Assembly (NCBI GenBank): GCA_964372875.1
Contig: CAYJTB010000001.1
Coordinates: 27,860-91,859, forward strand
Direction of reading: 5' to 3'
Origin: an uncultured bacterium
Lineage (GTDB): Bacteria > Omnitrophota > Omnitrophia > Omnitrophales > JACQLI01
Length of the DNA stretch: 64,000 bases
Both the position numbers and the translations under genes were made by a program. The notes beneath the pieces are model-generated. The model was not told the origin of the DNA. It ran no database searches and saw only the letters and a list, made by a program, of their open reading frames with translations. This document shows, piece by piece, positions 52,596-62,459 of the stretch. Position 1 is the stretch's first letter. Each line of letters begins with the position of its first letter.

Positions 52596-53926
52596 CCCTG
52601 TTAGGACCCGAAATCAAAATTTTTCTTATCCTTTTAGGAGCGGTTTATTTTTCCATCTGTTTTCTAAACGTGAGTCTGGGTTTGGCTTTTCTGTCTCTTG
52701 CCATGATTTTTTCTCCCGAGCTGCCGATTGCGAGTGTAGGTCTGCGGACTTTGACGATCCGGATCGAAGATATTTTAATTCCTATTTTACTTTTGGCATG
52801 GCTTGCCCGCCGGGCCGTTAAAAGAGACCGAGAACTTTTGACACCGACCCCCATCAATAAGCTCATTTTTTTTATTTTATCCATGAACGTTATCTCCACG
52901 ATTTGGGGGATTATCCACGGTGGCTACATCTTCCAATTGTCTTCTCTTTTTTATTTTCTTAAGACCGTCGAGTTTTTTGTTATTTTCTTTTTGGTAGTCA
53001 ATTATGTAAGAACCCCCCGCCAAATCAAATTTTTTCTCTTCTTTGCCCTGCTTACGGTTACCATGTTGAGTATTTATGCTCTGACCACCGTCCCTAACAA
53101 CGAAATCTTTTCTGATCACCGTGTGACCGCGCCCTTTGAGGGAACCCCTGAGCCTGCTTCCATCGGCGGCTACATGGCGTTCCTTCTTTTGATCATTGTT
53201 TGCTTGTTTTTATATGAATCGAGACCTCCGATGAAATGGTTGTACGGCACTCTCGGTGTAGTTACCTTTGTTCCTTTTCTCTTTACGCTGAACCGGACCT
53301 CTTATATTGCTTTCGCAATCGGCCTCATTTATGTCGCCGTGACCGCAAGAAAGAAATGGTTTTCTATTTTTCTGGCCCTATTTTTGCTGACGTCTCCTTT
53401 GTGGGTCCCGGACTCCATTAAACAAAGAATTGCCTATACCTGGGAAGATGCGGTGAATCCTGGCAGGGAATGGGGCGTGGACCAATCGACCCAGGAGAGA
53501 ATCACTACTTACAAAAAAATGTGGCACACTTTGAAGTACAGTCCTATTATTGGATGCGGCCTCGGTTCTTACGATTTTCTCGACAGCCAATATGCCCGCA
53601 CGCTCCACGAAATCGGACTGGTCGGACTTGGGCTGTGGCTGTGGCTTTTTCTGAGACTTTTTCGAATCGGCCGCTGGCTTTTCAAAAATCTTCCGGACGG
53701 TATAATGAAAGGAATAGCCCTGGGATACAGCGCCGGCGTGATCGGAATCCTAATGCATGGTTTTGGCGCGATCACTTTTTATATTGTGAGAATCATGGAA
53801 CCATTCTGGTTTGTGAGCGGATTGATCCTGTCTCTTTATATGATTACGGCTTCCCAGATGAACGAGCAAGCAGAGGAGACAGAGGCTGAAGAAAAACCCG
53901 AACTTCCTCAGTCGGTGTCGGTATGA
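52592..53926 (+). CDS. second O-antigen polymerase/ligase-like polytopic membrane protein
   Basis: 444 aa, >10 TM, Wzy-like loop (TLHEIGLVGLGLWLWLF); ATGA-type overlap upstream. Confidence 0.6.
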   Translation: MTLLGPEIKIFLILLGAVYFSICFLNVSLGLAFLSLAMIFSPELPIASVGLRTLTIRIEDILIPILLLAWLARRAVKRDRELLTPTPINKLIFFILSMNVISTIWGIIHGGYIFQLSSLFYFLKTVEFFVIFFLVVNYVRTPRQIKFFLFFALLTVTMLSIYALTTVPNNEIFSDHRVTAPFEGTPEPASIGGYMAFLLLIIVCLFLYESRPPMKWLYGTLGVVTFVPFLFTLNRTSYIAFAIGLIYVAVTARKKWFSIFLALFLLTSPLWVPDSIKQRIAYTWEDAVNPGREWGVDQSTQERITTYKKMWHTLKYSPIIGCGLGSYDFLDSQYARTLHEIGLVGLGLWLWLFLRLFRIGRWLFKNLPDGIMKGIALGYSAGVIGILMHGFGAITFYIVRIMEPFWFVSGLILSLYMITASQMNEQAEETEAEEKPELPQSVSV

Positions 53927-55140
53927 AGCTTGGAAAATGGCAAGCCGCACTTTTTATTTTTGCCGCGGCTCTTTTAGTTCGTTTGGCCATGATCGGCGTT
54001 TGGTATCACACCGGCCAGGATCAGCGGATGATTGCCTCGGACGGCTTTGGTTATTATGAAATCGCGCAAAATTTAGCCGAAGGGCAAGGGTTTAAACTCG
54101 AAGGAAAACCCACCCTCCGGCGGGTTCCTCTTTATCCTCTTTTCATTGCCTTAACAGATAAAGGACTTTCTTTTCCCAAGGGGGTTCAAGCGGCTCAAGC
54201 CTTTTTGGGGGCGATGAGCTGCGTCGTGATTTTCTTCCTGGGCCGTGAACTCTGGAATGAGAAAGTGGGTTGGATCGCCTCGCTCCTTTACGCCCTCGAT
54301 TATTTGGCCATCAGACAGGTTGCTTCCGTGATGCCGGAGATTCTTTTTGTTTTTCTGCTTCTCGGAAGCGTGTGGCTTATGGTTCGATCTCAAAACCGGT
54401 GCCGTATTTTTCCCGATATGGTCGTTTCGGGCATCCTGGCCGGTTTGGCGGTGCTCACGAAAGAAGTGATGGTTTTCTATTTTATTCTTTTGGGAGCTTG
54501 GTTTTTTTGGGGTTTCAAAAAGCAGGCGGCCGGCGTTTTTCTTCTGGGCTTTTTTCTTGCAATCACGCCTTGGGTGGTTCGGAATCGTGTCGTTTTTGGC
54601 CAATGGGGGTTGGTGATGGCTAACGCCGGCCACATGCTCTATTTGGGCAATAACCCGCTTATTTCAAGCCGGTTCGTAGGGGAAGAGTGGGATTACAACG
54701 GTGACAGCGGATTCCCTCAAAACGACCCCTCCATGCCGCGTTTGTTTACTCCGGAGGCGGACCATTATCTTTCGAAAAAAAGTTTGGTATTTATCCGGAA
54801 TCACCCGAAGCGGTTTTTCCAGCTTACTAAAGACAAAATCATCCGGTTCTGGTTTCCTTTTTACCTCGGTTCCCCGCCCCTGGGAAAAGTTCTTACCCTT
54901 TTAACTTATCTCTCTGTTTTCATCTTGGGTTGGATGGGTATCTTTAAGTCCGTCCCGCGGTGGAAAGAGATGGTCCCCATGGTGGGACCTATTATTTATT
55001 TAGCATCGGTTTATGCAGTCACCATCTCCGGCATCCGTTATCGCTACCCGGCCATGCCGTTTTTAACCCTGTTTGCGGCTTACATGCTCCGCCGGCTCTG
55101 GGAAAGCCGGGTGAAAAAAGTTTCTCTCGTGAGCGTATGA
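53923..55140 (+). CDS. GT39/GT83-type (ArnT/PMT-like) membrane glycosyltransferase
   Basis: N-terminal LLVRLAMIGVWYHTGQDQRMIASDGFGYYEIAQNL (DE/DG motif region), polytopic. Confidence 0.65.
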   Translation: MKLGKWQAALFIFAAALLVRLAMIGVWYHTGQDQRMIASDGFGYYEIAQNLAEGQGFKLEGKPTLRRVPLYPLFIALTDKGLSFPKGVQAAQAFLGAMSCVVIFFLGRELWNEKVGWIASLLYALDYLAIRQVASVMPEILFVFLLLGSVWLMVRSQNRCRIFPDMVVSGILAGLAVLTKEVMVFYFILLGAWFFWGFKKQAAGVFLLGFFLAITPWVVRNRVVFGQWGLVMANAGHMLYLGNNPLISSRFVGEEWDYNGDSGFPQNDPSMPRLFTPEADHYLSKKSLVFIRNHPKRFFQLTKDKIIRFWFPFYLGSPPLGKVLTLLTYLSVFILGWMGIFKSVPRWKEMVPMVGPIIYLASVYAVTISGIRYRYPAMPFLTLFAAYMLRRLWESRVKKVSLVSV

Positions 55141-56180
55141 TTCGAATTGCCTTAGTAGGTTATGGTCACTGGGGGCCCAATTATCTGCGTAATCTCCAAT
55201 TTTTGGAAGGAGTCGAAGTGACAGTCGTTTGTGATAAAGATCCCTCCGCACTTCAAAGATCGAACAAAGGTTTCCCTCATGTAAAGACCTTAAGTGATTT
55301 CAATCTCATTTTGCGCGATCCTAAGATTGATGCAGTGATCATTACCACGCCGGCAAATACTCATTACGAACTGACAAAAAAGTCCCTCCAGGCGGGTAAG
55401 CACACGCTTGTGGAGAAACCACTTTCCCTGAATGTCGAAGAAGGTAAAGAACTTGTTGCGCTTTCTGAAGAAATTAAAAAAATCCTGATGGTGGGGCACA
55501 CCTTTCTCTACAACCCGGCAGTTCGAAAAATGAAGGAATATTTGGATAAGGGAATCCTCGGAAAAATATATTACCTCCAAGCCGCTCGCACGCATTTGGG
55601 ACTCATCCGCAGCGACGTAAGCGCTGTCTGGGATTTGGCGCCTCATGACATTTCTATCTTTTCTTATCTTCTGGACAAGTGGCCCACAAGGGTTTCAGCG
55701 ATCGGCACGTGTCACTTGAATCCTCAATTGGAAGACGTCGCCTTCCTTAATTACTTTTATGACAATAACATCTTAGGCAATATCCATATCAGCTGGGTGG
55801 ACTCCAACAAATCAAGGCAGGTGGCGGTGATCGGGAGCAAGGCGAGGATTGTTTTTGATGACCTCAACTCGCTGGAACGGCTGCGGATTTTTGAAAAGGG
55901 GGTCAGTATCGACAAGCCTTACGCCAATTTTGGCGAGTTCCAGCTGCTTCTGCGTGACGGTGATATCATCAGTCCCAAGGTAGATGCGGAAGAACCGCTC
56001 AAAAGTGTTTGCCTCGAATTTATCGATTGCATTCAAACGGGCCGGAAACCTTTGACTGATGGTGCCAACGGCCTTGGTGTGGTGCGTGCGATGTGCGCAG
56101 CGCAGGATTCCATCAAGCGGGGCGGGGAGCCGGTAGAAATTCTTTATGACGATGTTATTCTTGCGGGAAAAAGATCCTAA
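55137..56180 (+). CDS. Gfo/Idh/MocA family NAD(P)-dependent oxidoreductase (sugar dehydrogenase)
   Basis: MIRIALVGYGHWGPNYLRNL Rossmann start, EKPL motif; ORF track start 54960 is an in-frame upstream extension overlapping previous gene. Confidence 0.8.
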   Translation: MIRIALVGYGHWGPNYLRNLQFLEGVEVTVVCDKDPSALQRSNKGFPHVKTLSDFNLILRDPKIDAVIITTPANTHYELTKKSLQAGKHTLVEKPLSLNVEEGKELVALSEEIKKILMVGHTFLYNPAVRKMKEYLDKGILGKIYYLQAARTHLGLIRSDVSAVWDLAPHDISIFSYLLDKWPTRVSAIGTCHLNPQLEDVAFLNYFYDNNILGNIHISWVDSNKSRQVAVIGSKARIVFDDLNSLERLRIFEKGVSIDKPYANFGEFQLLLRDGDIISPKVDAEEPLKSVCLEFIDCIQTGRKPLTDGANGLGVVRAMCAAQDSIKRGGEPVEILYDDVILAGKRS

Positions 56181-56186
56181 TTTTTC

Positions 56187-57293
56187 ATGAAAGCTCTTGT
56201 AACAGGCGGGGCAGGGTTGATCGGTTCGCACCTTGTCGATCTGGCGATTGAAAAAGGGTACGAAGTCCATATTCTTGATAACGTAGAATCTCAAACTCAC
56301 CCCCACGGCAAACCGGCCTGGATTCATCCTGGCGCCCGTTATATTGAAGGAGACATCCGGAACGACTCCGATTTAAAACAGGCGCTCCAAGGCGTGGAAT
56401 ATGTTTTTCATCAATGCGCCTTCGGAGGTTTCACGGAAGAAACTTCAAAGTATTTCGACGTCAACGTCTTGGGAACCTCGCGGCTTTTTGAATGCATCGC
56501 GGCCAACCGATCCCCAGTTAAAAAAATTGTGGTGGCTTCAAGTCAGGCAGTTTACGGAGAAGGCGCTTATTCCTGCGAAAAACACGGACTCCAGTTTCCC
56601 GCGCAGAGGACGACAGAAAATTTGCAGAATAAAAACTGGGAACTCTGCTGTGCCGATTGCAACGGTCTCCTTCGTTCCGCTTTGACTTCGGAAGAAAAGG
56701 TTTGTGCCGGCCAAACTCCTTATGCGCTCTCCAAAGAATTTGAGGAAAGGCTCGCGCTCTCTTACGGCAGAAGGCTGGGGATTCCCGTGGTGGCGTTGCG
56801 CTACGGCGTAACTTACGGTCCGCGGCAGTCGGTTTTCAATCCCTACACCGGCGTCGTTTCTATTTTCTCGACGCAGCTTCTCAATAACCTCTCCCCCCTC
56901 ATTTACGAAGACGGCCGGCAGACCCGCGATTTTATTTTTGTGGGAGACGTGGCCCGCGCCAACCTTTTTGTGATGGAAAACACATCCGCCGATGGCCAAG
57001 TGTTTAACGTGGGAACAGGAAAGCCAACGGGGATCGCGAGTCTTGCGCGCATGCTGGCTGAGATCTACAAAAAATCGATGGAGCCCGAGATCTGTGGAAA
57101 ATTCCGCCAAGGAGACGTCCGTCATTTAGTCCTTGATCCCTCCAAATTAAGAAAACTTGGCTTTTTCGCACAAACGTCTTTGTCTGAGGGCTTATCCCAT
57201 TTTGCCCAGTGGATCGGGTCCCAAGGAAAGGTCGAAGAATATTTTTCCAAGGCCTACGAGCGCCTTAAAGAACATCGCATCGTATGCGATTAA
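56187..57293 (+). CDS. NAD-dependent epimerase/dehydratase (extended SDR) with inserted Cys4 segment
   Basis: MKALVTGGAGLIGSHLVD, YxxxK (YALSKEF); insertion CEKHGLQF...CCADCNG. Confidence 0.8.
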   Translation: MKALVTGGAGLIGSHLVDLAIEKGYEVHILDNVESQTHPHGKPAWIHPGARYIEGDIRNDSDLKQALQGVEYVFHQCAFGGFTEETSKYFDVNVLGTSRLFECIAANRSPVKKIVVASSQAVYGEGAYSCEKHGLQFPAQRTTENLQNKNWELCCADCNGLLRSALTSEEKVCAGQTPYALSKEFEERLALSYGRRLGIPVVALRYGVTYGPRQSVFNPYTGVVSIFSTQLLNNLSPLIYEDGRQTRDFIFVGDVARANLFVMENTSADGQVFNVGTGKPTGIASLARMLAEIYKKSMEPEICGKFRQGDVRHLVLDPSKLRKLGFFAQTSLSEGLSHFAQWIGSQGKVEEYFSKAYERLKEHRIVCD

Positions 57294-58876
57294 AAAAATT
57301 CGATCTTTTTTGGGTAGGATCCCTCTTTCTGATTTATTTTCTTTATTGGATTCCAATGATTCATTTCCAACCCTTCCTTTCGACAGGCGATATAGGAAGG
57401 GACCTTTATGCTTTTGAATCCGTTCTTCATGGACTCCGTCCTTGCCGCGATTATTGGTGGCAATACGGACCGCTCATGCTGCTTTACTACGCCTTTTGGT
57501 TTCTTGTAGGAGGGATCAATTTGCTGAGTGTGCGTATCGGGCTGGCTGGGATCTATCTTCTTTGCGGTCTTTTTAGTTATGCCTCGCTCCGGCTTTTTAC
57601 TTCTGCACCCACGGCCTGGCTTGCCTCTCTGGGTTTTTTAAATTTTTCTATGGGGTGGACTTTTAACCACATCGGAGCGGTACCTTTTTTATTGGCATCC
57701 GTTTTTTGTCTCTGGAAGTTTTTTCTCACGCAAAATCTCCGTTGGCCTTATCTAGGGGTCCTTAGTTTGGTGCTCACAGCACTCGTGAAGACCAGTATCG
57801 GCATACCTTGTTTTTTTGCTTTTTATCTTTCTCTTTTAATTTATAACGAATTTCTAGGGCCCAAGCTGAACGCCCGCCCTCCGCTTGCCCGGAAACACTT
57901 TATTCTTCTTCCACTTCTTTTCGCCGTGCCGGTGGCCGGAGTTTATATCTTCATGTATTGGGGACTCACTTCCCGCGAGTTACAGCAATGCCTTACGCTT
58001 GGTCCGCAATATCGACGAACATTGTCTACGCCTTGGATGAACGTTAAACATCTCATCCTTCGCTTTACGGTCTGGGAACGAATCCGTTTGTGGAGCCTAG
58101 GGGCGTTTACTCTTTTGTTAATCCTTGCCGGTCTGGGATTCAGAAAAAGAAAACTCGAGAGCCTCCAACAAGACGCTGCTCTTGCCGCAGGGATATCTCT
58201 TGTCTTCTATGCCCTGGCCAGTTCGGCCGAATATGTCATGATGGGAGAGGTGATTTACCGGTTTGATTTTTGGTTCTTTCCTGTATTGATCTTGGTCCTA
58301 GGATTTTTGGCGGAACGGGCCAGCAGTCTTTTCCCCCGGCCATGGAAAATTGCTTTTGGCGCTTTGATTTTTGTAGCCCTCGCAGGTCTTCCTTTTTGGA
58401 GGGTGAAAGAAGCTTTAGCAGAGAGAATCCCAGACCGTTATTTGGATTTGCCGAGGGGGAAGGTCTACGTTGGCGGTCCTCTCGTTTCTCTTCAAACGAT
58501 CAAAGAGGGTGCCCAGTTTCTGAGGGAGAATTCTAGGAAAGATCAAAGTTTTTTGGCGATTCCCTATGAGCCCCTTTATGGTTTTCTATCTGAGCGCCGG
58601 CACGCCCTCCCGGAAATGATTTTCATGGTTCATATGCAGATTCAGGAGGATGACGAGGAAAAATGGATCACCCAAATGGAGGCCAACGAAGTCCCTTGGG
58701 TCCTCATCTCCAACCGATATCGATCTGAAGAAGCGGGGATCGGTGAGTTTGGAAAGACCCATTGCCGGAAACTGGCGGCTTATATTTTTGACCATTACCG
58801 AGAGGTCAAAACCCTCGGTCCGTGGGGGTCTGACCCTGACAAAACCCACGCGATTAAGCTTTTGAAGAGAGCCTAA
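57284..58876 (+). CDS. polytopic membrane protein, hypothetical (glycosyltransferase-like / DUF2029-like)
   Basis: 530 aa, ~12 TM, conserved-looking loop FQPFLSTGDIGRDLY. Confidence 0.45.
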   Translation: MRLKKFDLFWVGSLFLIYFLYWIPMIHFQPFLSTGDIGRDLYAFESVLHGLRPCRDYWWQYGPLMLLYYAFWFLVGGINLLSVRIGLAGIYLLCGLFSYASLRLFTSAPTAWLASLGFLNFSMGWTFNHIGAVPFLLASVFCLWKFFLTQNLRWPYLGVLSLVLTALVKTSIGIPCFFAFYLSLLIYNEFLGPKLNARPPLARKHFILLPLLFAVPVAGVYIFMYWGLTSRELQQCLTLGPQYRRTLSTPWMNVKHLILRFTVWERIRLWSLGAFTLLLILAGLGFRKRKLESLQQDAALAAGISLVFYALASSAEYVMMGEVIYRFDFWFFPVLILVLGFLAERASSLFPRPWKIAFGALIFVALAGLPFWRVKEALAERIPDRYLDLPRGKVYVGGPLVSLQTIKEGAQFLRENSRKDQSFLAIPYEPLYGFLSERRHALPEMIFMVHMQIQEDDEEKWITQMEANEVPWVLISNRYRSEEAGIGEFGKTHCRKLAAYIFDHYREVKTLGPWGSDPDKTHAIKLLKRA

Positions 58877-58903
58877 AAGGTGTGCTAAGATACCCCGATT
58901 TCA

Positions 58904-59608
58904 ATGAAGGTAACCCTCTTAATCCCCATTATTAACGAGCTTCAGGGCATGAAGGAAATCCTGCCCCGTATCCAAAAAGACTGGGTGGATGAGATCATCG
59001 TTGTGGATGGCGGTTCCACCGACGGAGGTTATGAATATGCGAAAGAGCACAGCCATATCATCACCCTCAAACAAAAATCCAGAGGCCTTTTTAACTCTTA
59101 TGTGGAAGGTGCGGGAATCGCCCTAGGAGATGTCATCATTACGTTTAGTCCCGATGGCAATTCGGTACCTGAGCGAATTCCGGACTTAGTTCGCAAGATC
59201 GAAGAAGGTTACGACATGGTCATCGTTTCCCGCTATTACCAAGGGGCTAAAAGCGAAGACGACAATTTTATCACCGCTTTCGGAAATTGGTTTTTTACCC
59301 AAACGATCAATCTTCTTTTTCGCGGCCGCTATACTGATTCTCTCGTTATTTTTCGCGCTTGGCGTAAAGACTTGCTCGAAAAGTTGAATATCAACGGGAT
59401 CCCGCAAACTGGTTTTGAACCTACGATGAGTATTCGTTGTGCAAAAAACCATTTAAAGGTTGCAGAAATCCCAGGCGATGAGCCCGACCGGATTGATGGG
59501 CTGGGGAAGGTCAATCATTTTTACGCCGGTTTATCCATTCTTTCCTGCATCACCAAAGAGTTTTTTTCAAACCAGTATCAGAATCATTATGAATATGTTC
59601 AAAAATAA
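58904..59608 (+). CDS. family-2 glycosyltransferase (dolichyl/polyprenyl-phosphate sugar synthase-like)
   Basis: LIPIINE...VDGGSTDG, DGNS, short 234-aa GT2. Confidence 0.8.
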   Translation: MKVTLLIPIINELQGMKEILPRIQKDWVDEIIVVDGGSTDGGYEYAKEHSHIITLKQKSRGLFNSYVEGAGIALGDVIITFSPDGNSVPERIPDLVRKIEEGYDMVIVSRYYQGAKSEDDNFITAFGNWFFTQTINLLFRGRYTDSLVIFRAWRKDLLEKLNINGIPQTGFEPTMSIRCAKNHLKVAEIPGDEPDRIDGLGKVNHFYAGLSILSCITKEFFSNQYQNHYEYVQK

Positions 59609-60569
59609 AAAGGTTCTTGTGGCGGGTGGGACCGGGCTGATGGGAGTTCCCCTCGTTGAACTCTTAGTCGAGCAAGGAGCCAAGGTTAGAATCGCTTCTT
59701 TGGACGATGTCTCACGCGCCCATCCCGAAGCAGAATTTATTCATATCGATCTGAAAAACATAGAAAATTGTCTTAAGGTTTGCGACGGGATGGATTTTGT
59801 TTTTAATCTCCTAGGGGTGAAGGGTTCCCCTGCCGCCACGGCCTCTAAACCCGCCAGTTTTTTTGTCCCAACCATTTTGATGGCGACCAATTTGATGGAA
59901 GCGGCAAGAGTCAAGGAGGTAGACGGCTTTCTGGGGTGCAGTTCGATCTGTGTTTATGCGCCGGACGAAGTTCTCTATGAAGATAACGCCTGGAAAGGAT
60001 TTCCTTCCGAAAAAGATAAGTTTGCAGGCTGGGCCAAACGGATGGGGGAACTCCAAGCCGAGGCCTTCAAGATCCAATACGGATGGGACCGGATCGCCAT
60101 CGTGCGTCCTGCGAACACCTACGGTCCTTACGATAGTTTCGCCAAAGAAAGTGCTATGGTCGTTCCCTCTCTCATCCGGCGTGCAGTCGATGGAGAAAAT
60201 CCTTTGCGGATTTGGGGAGACGGTTCGGCCGTTAGAGATTTTATCCACGCAAAAGATGTTGCTCGCGGAATGATTTTCGCGGCGGAAAAAATGATCGGTA
60301 AGCCCATCAACTTAGGCAGCGGGACCCGGGTTACGATTAAAGAGTTGGTCGATTTGATTGTGAGTAATCTCGATGTGAAACCTGAAATTATTTGGGACAC
60401 GGCCCAGCCCACGGGAGATCAATGCCGAGTGATGGATATTTCAAGGGCCCGATCGATCGGTTTTGAACCCCAGATATCGCTCAAAGAGGGGATTCGGGAA
60501 GTCATGGAGTGGTACAAAACAAACAAGACTCATGTGAACAATCGTTATGATGTCTTTGTCTCAAGATAG
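59589..60569 (+). CDS. NAD-dependent epimerase/dehydratase (GDP-sugar epimerase/reductase-like)
   Basis: KKVLVAGGTGLMGVPLVELL, YxxxK (FAGWAKR region); ORF track start 59460 is upstream extension. Confidence 0.75.
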   Translation: MNMFKNKKVLVAGGTGLMGVPLVELLVEQGAKVRIASLDDVSRAHPEAEFIHIDLKNIENCLKVCDGMDFVFNLLGVKGSPAATASKPASFFVPTILMATNLMEAARVKEVDGFLGCSSICVYAPDEVLYEDNAWKGFPSEKDKFAGWAKRMGELQAEAFKIQYGWDRIAIVRPANTYGPYDSFAKESAMVVPSLIRRAVDGENPLRIWGDGSAVRDFIHAKDVARGMIFAAEKMIGKPINLGSGTRVTIKELVDLIVSNLDVKPEIIWDTAQPTGDQCRVMDISRARSIGFEPQISLKEGIREVMEWYKTNKTHVNNRYDVFVSR

Positions 60570-60581
60570 AAAGGAATAAAA

Positions 60582-61115
60582 ATGAAAAAAGCTGTGATCA
60601 TCACAGGAAAACTTGTTCAGGACCACGAATTTATTTACCCGTACTACCGTTTACAAGAAGAGGGTTACGAGGTGGACGTTGCCATCCGTGGAAAAGAGAC
60701 GGTACAAGGCCAAATCGGCGTCCGCGTCGTTCCCACCAAGGATATTTCTGATTTAAGCGTGGAAGATTTTGATTTGCTGGTGATCCCCGGCGGCGCCAAG
60801 GCCTTGGAATATTTAAGGCAGGATCAGGAAATTCTCAAATTCATTGCGGACTTCTACCGCGCCGGCAAGGTGATCTCAAGCGTCTGTCACGGCGCCCAGC
60901 TTCTGATCTCCGCCAAGATTGTGAAAGGCAAAAAGATCTCCGGCTACTACAGCATTAAAGACGATATTGAGAACGCAGGTGCAACGTATGTGGACGCGCC
61001 GGTCGTGGTGGATGACCGGATCGTAACTTCCCCTCATTATAAATATCTGGGTCCTTGGATGAAGGAAACGATCGCACAAGTAGAACAAGCGAGTCTTGCC
61101 CGAGTCGGCCGTTAA
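60582..61115 (+). CDS. DJ-1/PfpI family protein (class I glutamine amidotransferase-like)
   Basis: DLLVIPGG, nucleophile elbow SVCHGAQLL. Confidence 0.8.
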   Translation: MKKAVIITGKLVQDHEFIYPYYRLQEEGYEVDVAIRGKETVQGQIGVRVVPTKDISDLSVEDFDLLVIPGGAKALEYLRQDQEILKFIADFYRAGKVISSVCHGAQLLISAKIVKGKKISGYYSIKDDIENAGATYVDAPVVVDDRIVTSPHYKYLGPWMKETIAQVEQASLARVGR

Positions 61116-61764
61116 AACGCGCAAAGCTGTCATTTTCGATTTTGACGGAACGCTGGCCATGACCATGGAAGATAATTTCAAGGCGTGGCAGTCCGCCATG
61201 TCGGAATATGGAATTAAGATCAAACCCGAAGATTATTATCCTCTCGAAGGCGCCAAGGTGAATGAAGTCGCGGGAAAAATTTTTGCTCAATACGGCATCC
61301 AAGGCGTGAAGGAAGAGGAAGTGGTGAAGAAAAAGGAAAAGCATTACCTTGAAAATTACCATTTCCAGTTTTATCCCGGCGTTGAGACCTTAATCGAAAG
61401 ACTCCGTTCGCGTCATGTTCCCCTGGCGCTTGTGACGGCAGGCCTCCGGAGCCGGCTCGACCACTCCGTTCCCAAAACTTTCCTCCAACAATTTGATGTG
61501 ATGATCACAGGAGACGAGACCAAGCAAGGCAAGCCTTCGCCCGAGCCTTACCGGAAGGCTATGGAAAAACTCCATTTAAAACCTGAGAATTGTGTCGTGG
61601 TGGAGAATGCGCCGCTCGGGATCCAATCGGCGAAAAGGGCGGGCGCTTACTGCATTGCGCTTTGCACCACTTTGAGTAACGGTTATTTAAATGAGGCGGA
61701 CGAGGTCTTAGATTCCTTCGAAGATCTTCAAAATTCAGACAACATCAAAAAGTTTCTCCAATAA
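61096..61764 (+). CDS. HAD-superfamily hydrolase (beta-phosphoglucomutase-like)
   Basis: TTG start; motif I AVIFDFDGTLA, motif II LVTAG, motif III/IV K...VVVENAPLGIQSAKRAG. Confidence 0.8.
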   Translation: MPESAVKTRKAVIFDFDGTLAMTMEDNFKAWQSAMSEYGIKIKPEDYYPLEGAKVNEVAGKIFAQYGIQGVKEEEVVKKKEKHYLENYHFQFYPGVETLIERLRSRHVPLALVTAGLRSRLDHSVPKTFLQQFDVMITGDETKQGKPSPEPYRKAMEKLHLKPENCVVVENAPLGIQSAKRAGAYCIALCTTLSNGYLNEADEVLDSFEDLQNSDNIKKFLQ

Positions 61765-62459
61765 TGGGTATCGACGCTAATTTACAAAATGTCGTGGTTC
61801 ATAAACCGTGGGGTTATGAATATTTGGTTTATCAAAACGACAAGGTCGCGATTTGGTATTTGAGAATTAATTCCGGGGAAGCCACGTCGCTTCATTGTCA
61901 CCCTAGAAAAAAAACAGGTCTTATCCTTCTCTCGGGCGAGGCCGTGGTGTCTTTTCTCAATGATTCCATGACGATGAAAGCCCCCTCCAAACTGATGCTC
62001 CGCCCCGGGCTTTTTCATTCTACCAAGGGAAATTGTCCGGAGGGGATTGGGATTTTAGAACTTGAATCACCTGTAGATAAAGAAGACCTGGTGAGATTTG
62101 AGGATGATTACGGGCGCGAAGGCAAGGCCTATGAAGGACCGGATAAAATGTCGCCTTTGCCGGATCACTTTATTCGTTTCCAAAATCCCGAAGACGGAAA
62201 GACCCGGGAATACCGTATGGATAACCAAGTGATTCGGGTTGAGAAGTTGACGAATCTTTCTCATCTTTCCCAAAAGCCGGCTGAGACAATTATCGCCGTT
62301 TTGGACGGCGGCTTGGTCAGTAAAACAGGCGAGCCGATCACTACACCCGGAGATGTAGGGACTTTTGCCAGTCTCATCCGTCTGTCGCAAGCCTTTGAAG
62401 CGCCGGAGGGGATTTTACTTTTGACGCTGGAAAATACAAAACCCGAAGATTTAAAATGA
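61764..62459 (+). CDS. cupin-domain protein (sugar isomerase/epimerase-like)
   Basis: HKPWGYEYLV...SLHCHPRKKTGLILLSGEA cupin motif 1/2. Confidence 0.6.
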   Translation: MGIDANLQNVVVHKPWGYEYLVYQNDKVAIWYLRINSGEATSLHCHPRKKTGLILLSGEAVVSFLNDSMTMKAPSKLMLRPGLFHSTKGNCPEGIGILELESPVDKEDLVRFEDDYGREGKAYEGPDKMSPLPDHFIRFQNPEDGKTREYRMDNQVIRVEKLTNLSHLSQKPAETIIAVLDGGLVSKTGEPITTPGDVGTFASLIRLSQAFEAPEGILLLTLENTKPEDLK